In this document: piece by piece, positions 15,780-23,659 of the stretch
Numbering within the stretch: position 1 is the stretch's first letter
Layout: every line of letters begins with the position of its first letter
NCBI GenBank assembly: GCA_050949315.1
Contig: JBMNFL010000001.1
Coordinates: forward strand, 518,241-542,240
DNA: 24,000 nt
Source of the DNA: Bacilli bacterium
Lineage (GTDB): Bacteria > Bacillota_I > Bacilli_A > RFN20 > UBA1709
Direction of reading: 5' to 3'
Notes under the pieces: model-generated
What the model saw: only the letters and a program-made list of their open reading frames with translations
The model's database searches: none
What the model was told of the DNA's origin: nothing
Translations under genes and position numbers: made by a program

Positions 15780-17450
15780 CTATTTAGAGGTTTTAGTTTT
15801 GACAAAATCAATGGTAAATTCACTGCCCTCATTTATTTTAGATTTTACTGAAATATTAAAGTCATGTCTTTCACATATATGCTTAACAATAGCTAGTCCT
15901 AAGCCTGTTCCACCCAAGGCCTTGCTCTTGGCCTTATCAACCCGATAAAATCTTTCAAAGATATGCTTTCTATCTTCTTCAGACATGCCTACCCCAGTAT
16001 CTTTTATGACAAAGGAATTCTTTGTTAATTTGATATCTATTTGTCCATTCAACTTATTATATTTAATGGCATTATCAATTAGATTTCTAATAAGTTCATC
16101 GGCATATTTTTTATCAATATTTATATAATTATCTTCTAAATCTAAATTTACTTTAATGGTTTTTTCTTCAAGTTTGTTTTTATAAATTTCTAACAACTCT
16201 AACACTATTGATTTAATATTTAATAATTCAAAATTAACTGGTTCTTTATGTTCAATTTTTGATAGACTTAACATATCGATTACAATATCGTTCATCCTAT
16301 TGGCTTCTTTAATACTCTTTTTAGAACACTCAATTATTTCCTCAGGCTCCTGAACAATGCCCTCAGTTATCATTTGCTGGTAACCAATAATACTAGTCAA
16401 GGGTGACTTTAACTCATGAGAGGCATTAGCAAAGAAGTCTTTTTTAGTTTGTTCTAACATTATCTGTTCTGTTATATCATCGAAGATGATTATAACCCCA
16501 TTCTTTAACCAAGTTTTATTGGTGAATTCAATGTTTACTAAATAGACTTGATCATTAATTTTAATCTGTATTTTATTATCTTCATTTTTACTTAAACAAT
16601 CATCAATGACATTTTGTAACTTCTTATCTCTTATCGCATACAGATAGTTTTTATTTATCGTCCCTTTTTCGGTAAGTTTCATTATCCTGATGAAATCGTT
16701 ATTAAATAGTTGAATTCTCTTATTACTATCAACAACTAATATCGGCTTATTAATCGTGTTGATAACATCTAAAAGTTTAGATTTCTCATTGGATATTTTC
16801 ATAATTTTCTCATCTATATTGTCTTTTATAAGTTCAATAATCGCGGGTAGGGCATCAACATCAACGCTACCTATCCCCGTTTCCCTATCGGCAATTTTCA
16901 CTAGCTCGGTAAGTTTTTGATTGACGGGTATTAAATATTTTTTAGTCGTTAAGGAAATCAAATAAGTTGATAAGGCAACTAAAACCAGCAAGATAATAAT
17001 ACCCGCGGTAATATAGGTATCAATTAACTTATTAATTTCATTAGTAGGAAAGGAGATCCTAACATAATTGCCATCATCAAAAGCGGCTATATATAACATC
17101 TCGCGCTTTAAGCTACTAGAATACCTTATGCATATTTTACCTAAGTTTAAGATTTCTTCTCTAGTTAGATGTGATTCTTCAATATTGTCCAAAGATGAAT
17201 CTAAGATTACTTTACCCTCAGTATCGATGATTGTTAAGCGAATATTTTCATCAACTGTTGTTATTCTTTCTAAGAGTTCTTCTTCATTAGAGCCATCATA
17301 AATTGAAGTCGCTAAATTTAAATAGTTCGTAGCTCGATAGTTCACATCATCACTATTTAATTTATTTATAATAATGGCTGAAAGAATTAATAGTACACTC
17401 AAAGAGATGGAAACTATTAAGATGTTAATTAAAATTAATTTCTTTTTCAT
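15780..17450 (-). CDS. phoR: Phosphate-regulon sensor histidine kinase (PhoR-like)
   Basis: 556 aa with two TM helices flanking a ~130-aa extracytoplasmic domain and a PAS-like region. H-box FFANASHELKSPLTSI, N-box DNAIKYN, G1 DTGVGM, G2 GGTGLGLAIV. The start overlaps the phoP stop (ATGA). Confidence 0.85.
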   Translation of the reverse strand: MKKKLILINILIVSISLSVLLILSAIIINKLNSDDVNYRATNYLNLATSIYDGSNEEELLERITTVDENIRLTIIDTEGKVILDSSLDNIEESHLTREEILNLGKICIRYSSSLKREMLYIAAFDDGNYVRISFPTNEINKLIDTYITAGIIILLVLVALSTYLISLTTKKYLIPVNQKLTELVKIADRETGIGSVDVDALPAIIELIKDNIDEKIMKISNEKSKLLDVINTINKPILVVDSNKRIQLFNNDFIRIMKLTEKGTINKNYLYAIRDKKLQNVIDDCLSKNEDNKIQIKINDQVYLVNIEFTNKTWLKNGVIIIFDDITEQIMLEQTKKDFFANASHELKSPLTSIIGYQQMITEGIVQEPEEIIECSKKSIKEANRMNDIVIDMLSLSKIEHKEPVNFELLNIKSIVLELLEIYKNKLEEKTIKVNLDLEDNYINIDKKYADELIRNLIDNAIKYNKLNGQIDIKLTKNSFVIKDTGVGMSEEDRKHIFERFYRVDKAKSKALGGTGLGLAIVKHICERHDFNISVKSKINEGSEFTIDFVKTKTSK

Positions 17451-18115
17451 TTCTGTATTTTATATCCTAGTCCGTAGACGGTTTTAATCATTTTGTGCTT
17501 GTCACCAAATTTACTTCTTATTGACTTGATATGCATATCAAGGGTGCGGCTTTCAACTATTTGATCACTTTCCCAAATAGTTTGGAATAATTCTTCACGC
17601 GTCGCCACATCCCCATCTTTTTCCAAAAGCAAGGTCAAGATATCAAACTCTTTATTGGTCAATTCTACATCTTTGTTATCAACTAGACAGGTTCTAGAAT
17701 TAACATCAAGGATAACCCCATTGACATCAAAGACTTTTTTCCTTTTAAAGCGCCTAGTTTTAGCCGCCACTCTACTCATCAATTCTAATAGATCAAAGGG
17801 CTTTTCAATATAGTCATCCGCCCCCAAATCAAAACCATCCACTTTATCCATAATCATATGATTGGCGGAGATGATGATAATCTCAATATCATCATTAGAA
17901 CTATCACTTCTTATTTTTTTAAGAATCTCTTGACCACTCATATCTGGTAACATCATATCTAATAAAATAATATGGGGTTTTTCCTCGTTAAAGGCTTTAA
18001 AAAAAGTTCGGGCATTATAATAGGTTTTAACAACATATCCCTGTTTTGATAAGGTTTTGTTAATAATTAACGCAATATCTTTATCATCTTCAATAGAATA
18101 TATTAAAAAATCCAT
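17447..18115 (-). CDS. phoP: OmpR/PhoB-family response regulator (PhoP/PhoB-like)
   Basis: The receiver domain carries IEDD, ILLDMMLPDMSG and DDYIEKPF. The C-terminal winged helix reads LTNKEFDILTLL...TLDMHIKSIRSKF...VYGLGYKI. SD GGAGGG lies 5 nt upstream. Confidence 0.9.
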   Translation of the reverse strand: MDFLIYSIEDDKDIALIINKTLSKQGYVVKTYYNARTFFKAFNEEKPHIILLDMMLPDMSGQEILKKIRSDSSNDDIEIIIISANHMIMDKVDGFDLGADDYIEKPFDLLELMSRVAAKTRRFKRKKVFDVNGVILDVNSRTCLVDNKDVELTNKEFDILTLLLEKDGDVATREELFQTIWESDQIVESRTLDMHIKSIRSKFGDKHKMIKTVYGLGYKIQK

Positions 18116-18126
18116 ATTAACCCTCC

Positions 18127-18756
18127 TTAAAAGATTTTTTTGTCTTTATGGTAGCCCTTAACAATATATATCACCCACTCCGCGATATTGACAGAATGAT
18201 CGGCTATTCTCTCCAAATATTTTACCACTAATGTGTTATAAATGGCAAAAGAAATATCTTTCTCTTCTAAATTGATATACTCGTTGATTATCTTATCATA
18301 TTCACTATCAACATAGTCATCTCTATTTATGACTTCTTGAGCAAGCACAAGATCCTTGTTGATATAGGCCCTTACGACATCCTCAAACATTTTTAAGACA
18401 TAAACCGATAATTGATCAAGACTATGGATGGGTTTATCCGTATTCTTGGCTTTTAAGGCCAAAGAATGAATATCCTCGGCATGATCAGCGATTCTTTCAA
18501 TATCCGCTATTAATTTTAAAACACCGGTGACTTCTTTTAAATCTCTGGCATAAGGTCTTTCTTTTAGTAAAATATGCAGGCAAAGGCTTTCAATTGCCCT
18601 TTCATATTGATCGACTAAATCATCATTGATATTTACCTCTTCAGCCTCAATTTTGCCAAAGTAAAAATCTATAGCCGCTTTTATGTTTTCTATAGTCGTA
18701 TCGCACATCGTAAACAACATCTGATTTAGTTGTTCTAACAATCTCTGTAATTTCAT
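18127..18756 (-). CDS. phoU: Phosphate signalling/transport accessory protein PhoU
   Basis: 209 aa. It has the two-repeat PhoU architecture with paired motifs ERIADHAEDI and ERIADHSVNIAE, and sits directly after pstB. Confidence 0.9.
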   Translation of the reverse strand: MKLQRLLEQLNQMLFTMCDTTIENIKAAIDFYFGKIEAEEVNINDDLVDQYERAIESLCLHILLKERPYARDLKEVTGVLKLIADIERIADHAEDIHSLALKAKNTDKPIHSLDQLSVYVLKMFEDVVRAYINKDLVLAQEVINRDDYVDSEYDKIINEYINLEEKDISFAIYNTLVVKYLERIADHSVNIAEWVIYIVKGYHKDKKIF

Positions 18757-18768
18757 ATAATTACTCTC

Positions 18769-19530
18769 CTATCCAAATCTACCGGTAATATAATCTTCGG
18801 TCTTTTCATTCTGTGGGTTAGCAAACAATTCACTAGTTTCTCCCATTTCTATTACCTCTCCTAGCAGGAAGAAGGCGGTATAATCGGAGATTCTTGCGGC
18901 TTGCTGCATGTTATGGGTAACGATAATTATCGTATAGTCTTGTTTTAATTCATCAATAAGCTCTTCAATTTTAGAAGTGGCGATGGGATCAAGCGCACTA
19001 GTTGGCTCATCCATCAGGATAACTTCCGGTTGGATGGCAATGGCTCTAGCAATACACAGCCTTTGTTGCTGACCACCTGATAAACCTAAGGCATTGTCCT
19101 TTAATCTATCCTTAACCTCATCATATAGGGAGGCTTTCTTAAGGGAAGTGGTAACAATTTCTTTTAAAGTGGCCTTATCCTTTATCCCATTACATCTTGG
19201 TCCATAAGCGACATTATCAAAAATTGACATAGGGAAGGGATTAGGACTTTGAAACACCATGCCTACCTTGGTCCTTAACTCTACTGGATTCATCTCATTG
19301 ATGTTGATATTTTTATAGAAGATATCGCCATCAATACGACAATTATCATACAGGTCATTCATCCTATTTAAACATCTTAGCAGTGTTGATTTACCACAAC
19401 CTGATGGTCCAATAAAAGCCGTAACCCTACTGTGTTTTATTTCCATATTTATATCTTTTAATACATGATTGTCACCATAATGTAAATTTAGGTTCTTAAT
19501 GATGAAATCATATTCTTGATTGTTTTCCAT
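18769..19530 (-). CDS. pstB: Phosphate ABC transporter ATP-binding protein PstB
   Basis: Walker [10 protein letters not shown], signature LSGGQQQR, Walker [13 protein letters not shown]-loop VTHN. I set the start at ATG 19530 because GGAGG lies 5 nt upstream. The track's upstream ATG GAG GCT is that SD. Confidence 0.95.
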   Translation of the reverse strand: MENNQEYDFIIKNLNLHYGDNHVLKDINMEIKHSRVTAFIGPSGCGKSTLLRCLNRMNDLYDNCRIDGDIFYKNININEMNPVELRTKVGMVFQSPNPFPMSIFDNVAYGPRCNGIKDKATLKEIVTTSLKKASLYDEVKDRLKDNALGLSGGQQQRLCIARAIAIQPEVILMDEPTSALDPIATSKIEELIDELKQDYTIIIVTHNMQQAARISDYTAFFLLGEVIEMGETSELFANPQNEKTEDYITGRFG

Positions 19531-19531
19531 T

Positions 19532-20764
19532 TTAGCCTCCATTATTTTTCAATTGTCGCTTACTTATTAATTTTACAGACGTTGACATAACAAAAACCAC
19601 TATTAATATTATAATCGAAATCGCCGCCGCTTGTCCAAAATTAGGACTCTCACCACTGGTTATATTCCAGATATGCAAAGATAGCGAGGTCGATTGACCA
19701 AATAAGCTTACCTCATCACTGATATTTGAACCCATAACAAAAAGTAAGGCGGCGGATTCACCGATGATCCTACCAATCGATAATAAGGTGGCTTGTAAGA
19801 TGCCTGGGAAAGCATTAGGTAGTATCACCTTAAATACTGTTTGGGTTTTAGAAGCTCCTAGTGACAAAGAGGCCATTTGATAGGACAGTGGTATAACAAG
19901 GAGGGATTCCGCTGTTGTCTTAGTTATAACTGGCAATAAGACAATGGACATCGTTAAGGCCCCAGCAAGAATAGTATAGCCACTAGAAGCTCCTAGCTTA
20001 GTAACAAAAGGAATAAAGATTATGGCGCCGACAAAGCCAAAGATAATGGATGGTACACCTGATGTCATATCAATCATGCTGACAATAGCCCTTTTAAATT
20101 TACTTTCTTTGGCATACAAGACAATGTATATGGCCGCTCCTATTCCAATGGGTAGAGCGATTATCAAGGTGGTAATTATCAGAATAATAGTGGTAAGAAG
20201 CGAACCTCTTATCCCCCCGCCTTGGCTTTCAATTTGCAAGGAATCAATTTTTGTAAGGCGATCTAAAGCCTCTATGTAATCTTCTAAATCATCACCATTT
20301 GAGGCCATAACAAAGACCCCAAATTCATCTTCACCCATCATTAAATTCAAACTGCTGCCAACTTCAATATCTACAACACTATCTTTTAAGTCCGTATTAT
20401 CGATACAGATTGAATTTTTAAAAGGTGAGTTTTCGTCAAGATATTCTATAACGATGATTCTTTCCCCTGAATTGTCTTTGCCATCTTCAATAGCAACACC
20501 GAAATTAGAGGAAAAATACTCATATTTATCATCGGGATTTTCAAATTTTCTATCACTTTCAATTCGCACGGTAGTTAACTCTATCTTATAGTCGGATACC
20601 AACATCTTAAACGATAAGTTTGGTAAACCGCCAATAAAAATAAAGGCCAAAATCGCCGCTAAAACAAGCACGCCAAAAAAGGCGGAAATATAAGTCAATA
20701 CATTTCTGATTCTGTCTACTAATTTTCTTTTTTTCAAGAATTTCTCTCTATCTACATTCATCAT
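19532..20764 (-). CDS. pstA: Phosphate ABC transporter permease PstA, with a ~130-aa insertion between TM1 and the conserved GGG motif
   Basis: 410 aa. The conserved core reads [13 protein letters not shown]...[19 protein letters not shown] and ...[25 protein letters not shown]. Residues ~48-181 are hydrophilic and acidic, with beta-like alternation. The start overlaps the pstC stop (ATGA). Confidence 0.9.
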   Translation of the reverse strand: MMNVDREKFLKKRKLVDRIRNVLTYISAFFGVLVLAAILAFIFIGGLPNLSFKMLVSDYKIELTTVRIESDRKFENPDDKYEYFSSNFGVAIEDGKDNSGERIIVIEYLDENSPFKNSICIDNTDLKDSVVDIEVGSSLNLMMGEDEFGVFVMASNGDDLEDYIEALDRLTKIDSLQIESQGGGIRGSLLTTIILIITTLIIALPIGIGAAIYIVLYAKESKFKRAIVSMIDMTSGVPSIIFGFVGAIIFIPFVTKLGASSGYTILAGALTMSIVLLPVITKTTAESLLVIPLSYQMASLSLGASKTQTVFKVILPNAFPGILQATLLSIGRIIGESAALLFVMGSNISDEVSLFGQSTSLSLHIWNITSGESPNFGQAAAISIIILIVVFVMSTSVKLISKRQLKNNGG

Positions 20765-21666
20765 TTTGTTTCTAACTTTCTTTTAATTGCATTTAAAGTA
20801 ACACTAGTTAATAAAATTATAAACATTAAGACGACTCCAACACTAAATCTAATATCATAATCAAGACCTGAGGATTCATGTAGACCTAACATCATCGTCG
20901 ATGTTAAAGTTCTTGTTATATCAAACAGGTTTAAATTTGGTCCAGTAATAGCATTGCCACAGACCATTGATACGGCAGTGGCTTCACCCAAGGCGCGACC
21001 AACCCCGAGTATTATAGCGGCAAAGATACCGGATTTCGCCCCATTTATGACGATCTTAAAATCGGTCTGAGCCTTAGTGGCTCCTAAAGCTAGCGAAGCA
21101 TGTATTTGATCTTGCCTAACCGCTTCCATAGAGGTAATTGAGATCATCGTAATTGTCGGTATCATCATAATAATTAAAACTATCACGGTTGATAGACCCG
21201 AGGTCCCACCAGCCGTTTGAATATTAAATAAATTACCAATATTTTTTACTACAAAATTTATAACCGCCATACCAAACAAACCATATATGATAGAGGGGAT
21301 TGAGGCTAGTAACTCAATGACACTTTTTATGGAAGCACTCAACCTTTTAGGGGCAATCCTTACGATAAACAAGGCCGTTAAGATAGAAATGGGCGAAGAT
21401 ACTAAGGTAGCTATTAAAGTTAAATAAAGGGTATTAATCAGCATCCCTAATATCCCATAATTCCCCGCGGTCCAAGTAAAGCCGGTTATAAACTTCAAAA
21501 GGGAAGCGTTCCCGCTTCCCTGATAATCATTGATAAACGGACTAATTCCTTTTATAAAGATAAACAAAACAATTATTACTATCGCTGAGGCTGCAACAAG
21601 CCCAATTACCATGAATATAAATTGTACTACTTTGTCTATCTTTAATTTTAATTCGGTTTTTTTCAA
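20761..21666 (-). CDS. pstC: Phosphate ABC transporter permease PstC
   Basis: 301 aa, multi-TM, with ASLALGATKAQTDFKVVINGAKSGIFAA (EAA-type loop). The only in-frame start after the pstS stop is TTG 21666, and it has no visible SD. Confidence 0.85.
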   Translation of the reverse strand: MKKTELKLKIDKVVQFIFMVIGLVAASAIVIIVLFIFIKGISPFINDYQGSGNASLLKFITGFTWTAGNYGILGMLINTLYLTLIATLVSSPISILTALFIVRIAPKRLSASIKSVIELLASIPSIIYGLFGMAVINFVVKNIGNLFNIQTAGGTSGLSTVIVLIIMMIPTITMISITSMEAVRQDQIHASLALGATKAQTDFKIVINGAKSGIFAAIILGVGRALGEATAVSMVCGNAITGPNLNLFDITRTLTSTMMLGLHESSGLDYDIRFSVGVVLMFIILLTSVTLNAIKRKLETK

Positions 21667-21678
21667 TTGCTGTAGGCC

Positions 21679-21701
21679 AAAAAATAGGCTTGGGCCTATT
21701 T
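21679..21701 (-). terminator. Intercistronic hairpin / attenuator between pstS and pstC
   Basis: Minus strand AAATAGGC-CCAA-GCCTATTT (8-bp stem at 21682-21701, overlapping the pstS stop codon TAA) followed by TTTGG. Confidence 0.5.
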
Positions 21702-22668
21702 ATTTGACATCACTCCATTTAATATTTTCTGTTGAATAAACTGTTTTCGCATTTGCCTTAGTGATTCCTTTAATCGGGTTAGCTTTGTTAACAATAATGG
21801 CAATACCATCAATACAAATGGTGCCATAGGTGTTTTTAGCAGCAGGTTCTTCTCCAGGACTTGCTTCTGTACCTAACTTGATGTCTCTAGATAAGAAGCC
21901 AATATGTAATTTGTTTTGAGAATCCTTTTCTGAGCCTTGCGTTCTCTTATAAGCATCACCAGAACCGGTATGGTTATGGTTAGCAGTAAAGCTTGAACAA
22001 ACATTGGCAAAGGCCTCGGTTAATTTAGTTGCAATACCTTGAACTGATGTTGATCCACCTAAGAAAATAGTGGTCTTAGTTGTATTCTGGCAAGCAGCTT
22101 TGACATCAGCATTATCGGCTTCCTCAACAATGACACTCCATTTTTTAGCAGCATCAAGTTTTTCGCTAGAAACAATGCCATCCTTAGATTTGACAATTGC
22201 TAAACCTTCCTTAGAATTCATGTACAATAAGAAGCCTTTAACCAAAACTTTTTCAGTATCACTCATATCATCATCGGCTCTACGGATGTAGTTAAAGTTT
22301 CTCGTTAGTTTATAATCTCCACTTAAAACATTTGCTTCTGTTGGTTTAACGCCATCAAACTCTAAAGCCTTTACTTTAGTAGTTACGGAGGCTAACGATA
22401 CGTAACCAATACCATATTCATCGCCTGCAATACTTTCTAACATTGCTCCATTGGAAGCTACAATAACCGCACCGGGGATTTTTGTGTTATCTTTTTGGGC
22501 TTCTTTATAACCAATTTTTTCAAAGAACCCCTCTCTTGTACCTGATGTGGTGTCACGACTATACTTTTTCACGGCAGAATCCTTTTTGAAACCGCCACAG
22601 GCTGTTAGTGTAAATACTAATGCAAATACTGTAGTAATAGCCATCATTAATTTAGAACGTTTTTTCAT
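21700..22668 (-). CDS. pstS: Phosphate-binding lipoprotein PstS (motif order circularly permuted relative to canonical PstS)
   Basis: Signal peptide plus lipobox MKKRSKLMMAITTVFALVFTLTACGG. PstS motifs are all present: R38DTTSGT44, GIGYVSLA, FDGVKPT, GGSTS (204-208), GSG (235-237), SRD (260-262), IDGIAIIVN and a terminal W. Their order is swapped relative to canonical PstS (see findings). Confidence 0.85.
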   Translation of the reverse strand: MKKRSKLMMAITTVFALVFTLTACGGFKKDSAVKKYSRDTTSGTREGFFEKIGYKEAQKDNTKIPGAVIVASNGAMLESIAGDEYGIGYVSLASVTTKVKALEFDGVKPTEANVLSGDYKLTRNFNYIRRADDDMSDTEKVLVKGFLLYMNSKEGLAIVKSKDGIVSSEKLDAAKKWSVIVEEADNADVKAACQNTTKTTIFLGGSTSVQGIATKLTEAFANVCSSFTANHNHTGSGDAYKRTQGSEKDSQNKLHIGFLSRDIKLGTEASPGEEPAAKNTYGTICIDGIAIIVNKANPIKGITKANAKTVYSTENIKWSDVK

Positions 22669-22704
22669 GTTATATCTCTTTCCTTTCCTTTCTTAGACAC
22701 CCAC

Positions 22705-22769
22705 ATTATATATTCATTGTAAATTTTAAAAAATCATATCAAAGTAAAGAATTGTAAAGAGGTTGTAAA
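22705..22769 (-). promoter_or_regulatory. pst promoter with Pho-box-like direct repeats
   Basis: The minus-strand -10 is TATAAT (22705-22710), with no good -35. Upstream are TTTACA (22764-22769), TTTACA (22753-22758) and TTTACT (22743-22748) at 11- and 10-bp spacing, plus TTTACA at 22718-22723. These match the Bacillus PhoP half-site TT(A/T/C)ACA. Confidence 0.55.
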
Positions 22770-22770
22770 G

Positions 22771-22796
22771 GAAAAGCCTGATACTTTGTATCAGAC
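22771..22796 (-). terminator. Rho-independent terminator after the 7-TM membrane protein gene
   Basis: Minus strand GTCTGATAC-AAA-GTATCAGGC (9 bp, with one G-U pair that would be a C-A mismatch on the plus strand) followed by TTTTCCTTT. Confidence 0.7.
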
Positions 22797-22851
22797 CTGC
22801 TTTTTCTAAATATTAGGACTCTCTTTACTATAAATAAAATGATTTTATTTA

Positions 22852-23598
22852 CTATTCATCCACTACAACTGTTCTTTTCTCATCTATCTTTTTAATGAGT
22901 TTTAGAAAGAAATATCCAATAATTAAAAAGAATGTTAAACCAATAATATAAACAAGAGCCGATAAATATGGATTAGGAATGACAATGCGAGTGTAAATAT
23001 TATGTCTCCCATTAAATGCTAGCCCGAAAAATGATGTGCCAAATATGATGTTAAGCGCCATCATAACCGCAACTGTCACATATATAATCATTGAAGCTTT
23101 AACACAGTTCCTTACCGTTAATTCTATTTTTTTAGTCAGTAATAAATAAATACTTAACAACACCATCGTAAAATGATTAATCCAATTAAATGAATAAAGT
23201 AAATAGTAACGTGAAAATGGTTCAATTAAATAAATAATAGATTCCATAATTCCGGCAACTATCATTCCAAAGGAAAGCATAGACATTAATAAATAAAAGT
23301 GCTTTTTAATAATTTTTGGCAAGAAAAGTACAATAAAGACCATAAAAAACATAAAAGAGCTGATATTTGCCGTAGGAAGTGCATATTTAAAATGCCGCCA
23401 AATAGGATTATCAGGTTTATGTTTTATATCTATGTCATAAGCTTCTATCGAAAGCACTATTTGAAGTATAAATATTAATAATGTCAAAAAAACGGTGGTA
23501 CTCTTATATGGTAATTTATCTTTAAACCTAAAGATTATGTACCCACCTACTAGAAGATATAATAAGGCTGCAATTAAATTAAATGTTCCCCAAATCAT
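22852..23598 (-). CDS. Seven-TM integral membrane protein, unknown function (paralog 1)
   Basis: 248 aa with seven hydrophobic segments and a charged C-terminal tail KLIKKIDEKRTVVVDE. SD GAGAGGA is upstream. I could not confirm a family signature. Confidence 0.75.
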   Translation of the reverse strand: MIWGTFNLIAALLYLLVGGYIIFRFKDKLPYKSTTVFLTLLIFILQIVLSIEAYDIDIKHKPDNPIWRHFKYALPTANISSFMFFMVFIVLFLPKIIKKHFYLLMSMLSFGMIVAGIMESIIYLIEPFSRYYLLYSFNWINHFTMVLLSIYLLLTKKIELTVRNCVKASMIIYVTVAVMMALNIIFGTSFFGLAFNGRHNIYTRIVIPNPYLSALVYIIGLTFFLIIGYFFLKLIKKIDEKRTVVVDE

Positions 23599-23623
23599 TT
23601 ATTATTCCTCTCTGTTATATTTG

Positions 23624-23631
23624 ATTATACA
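23624..23631 (-). promoter_or_regulatory. Extended -10 element (TGTATAAT) upstream of paralog 1
   Basis: The minus strand reads TTGTATAATC. There is no convincing -35. Confidence 0.35.
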
Positions 23632-23659
23632 ATAACTTTCCTTGTTTTTATAACCTTTT

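Noticed and set aside
15780-18115. phoR/phoP look distinctly more AT-rich than pstB or the left half of the window, which could hint at horizontal acquisition.
   Set aside because: I hand-counted only a few 60-nt lines, and they varied widely within genes. Without a sliding-window GC and codon-usage calculation this is not supportable. The operon is otherwise tightly integrated.
4936-19542. N-terminal extensions in the ORF track (starts at 4942, 6053, 7785, 11833, 12313, 15610, 19542).
   Set aside because: In each case the extra codons are, or contain, the GGAGG-like Shine-Dalgarno sequence of a downstream ATG with 5-9 nt spacing. I therefore moved the starts inward. These are not real leader peptides.
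21666-21702. Stop-codon read-through producing a PstS-PstC fusion (same frame, no intervening stop).
   Set aside because: Frame identity has a one-in-three chance expectation. No read-through context or slippery signal is evident. A lipoprotein-permease fusion is topologically implausible.
220-22291. Plus-strand ORFs of 60-117 aa in the track: 220-492, 2411-2614, 3798-4124, 5353-5664, 6352-6612, 8568-8789, 9230-9583, 9739-9993, 10689-10886, 11117-11308, 11593-11853, 12080-12289, 13610-13852, 14417-14626, 17068-17301, 20022-20279, 21530-21739, 22070-22291.
   Set aside because: Each lies antisense inside (or mostly inside) a long minus-strand gene with a clear family signature. They have low-complexity or odd composition and no SD or promoter. 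They are typical shadow ORFs of AT-rich DNA. Only 12412-12615 has its own expression signals.
22852-23598. Assigning the 7-TM paralogs to the YwaF/TMEM164 (TIGR02206) family.
   Set aside because: Size and TM count fit. The characteristic C-terminal signature I recall for YwaF (ANYMF...P...LGPWPWY) is not matched convincingly, so I left the call as unknown 7-TM protein.
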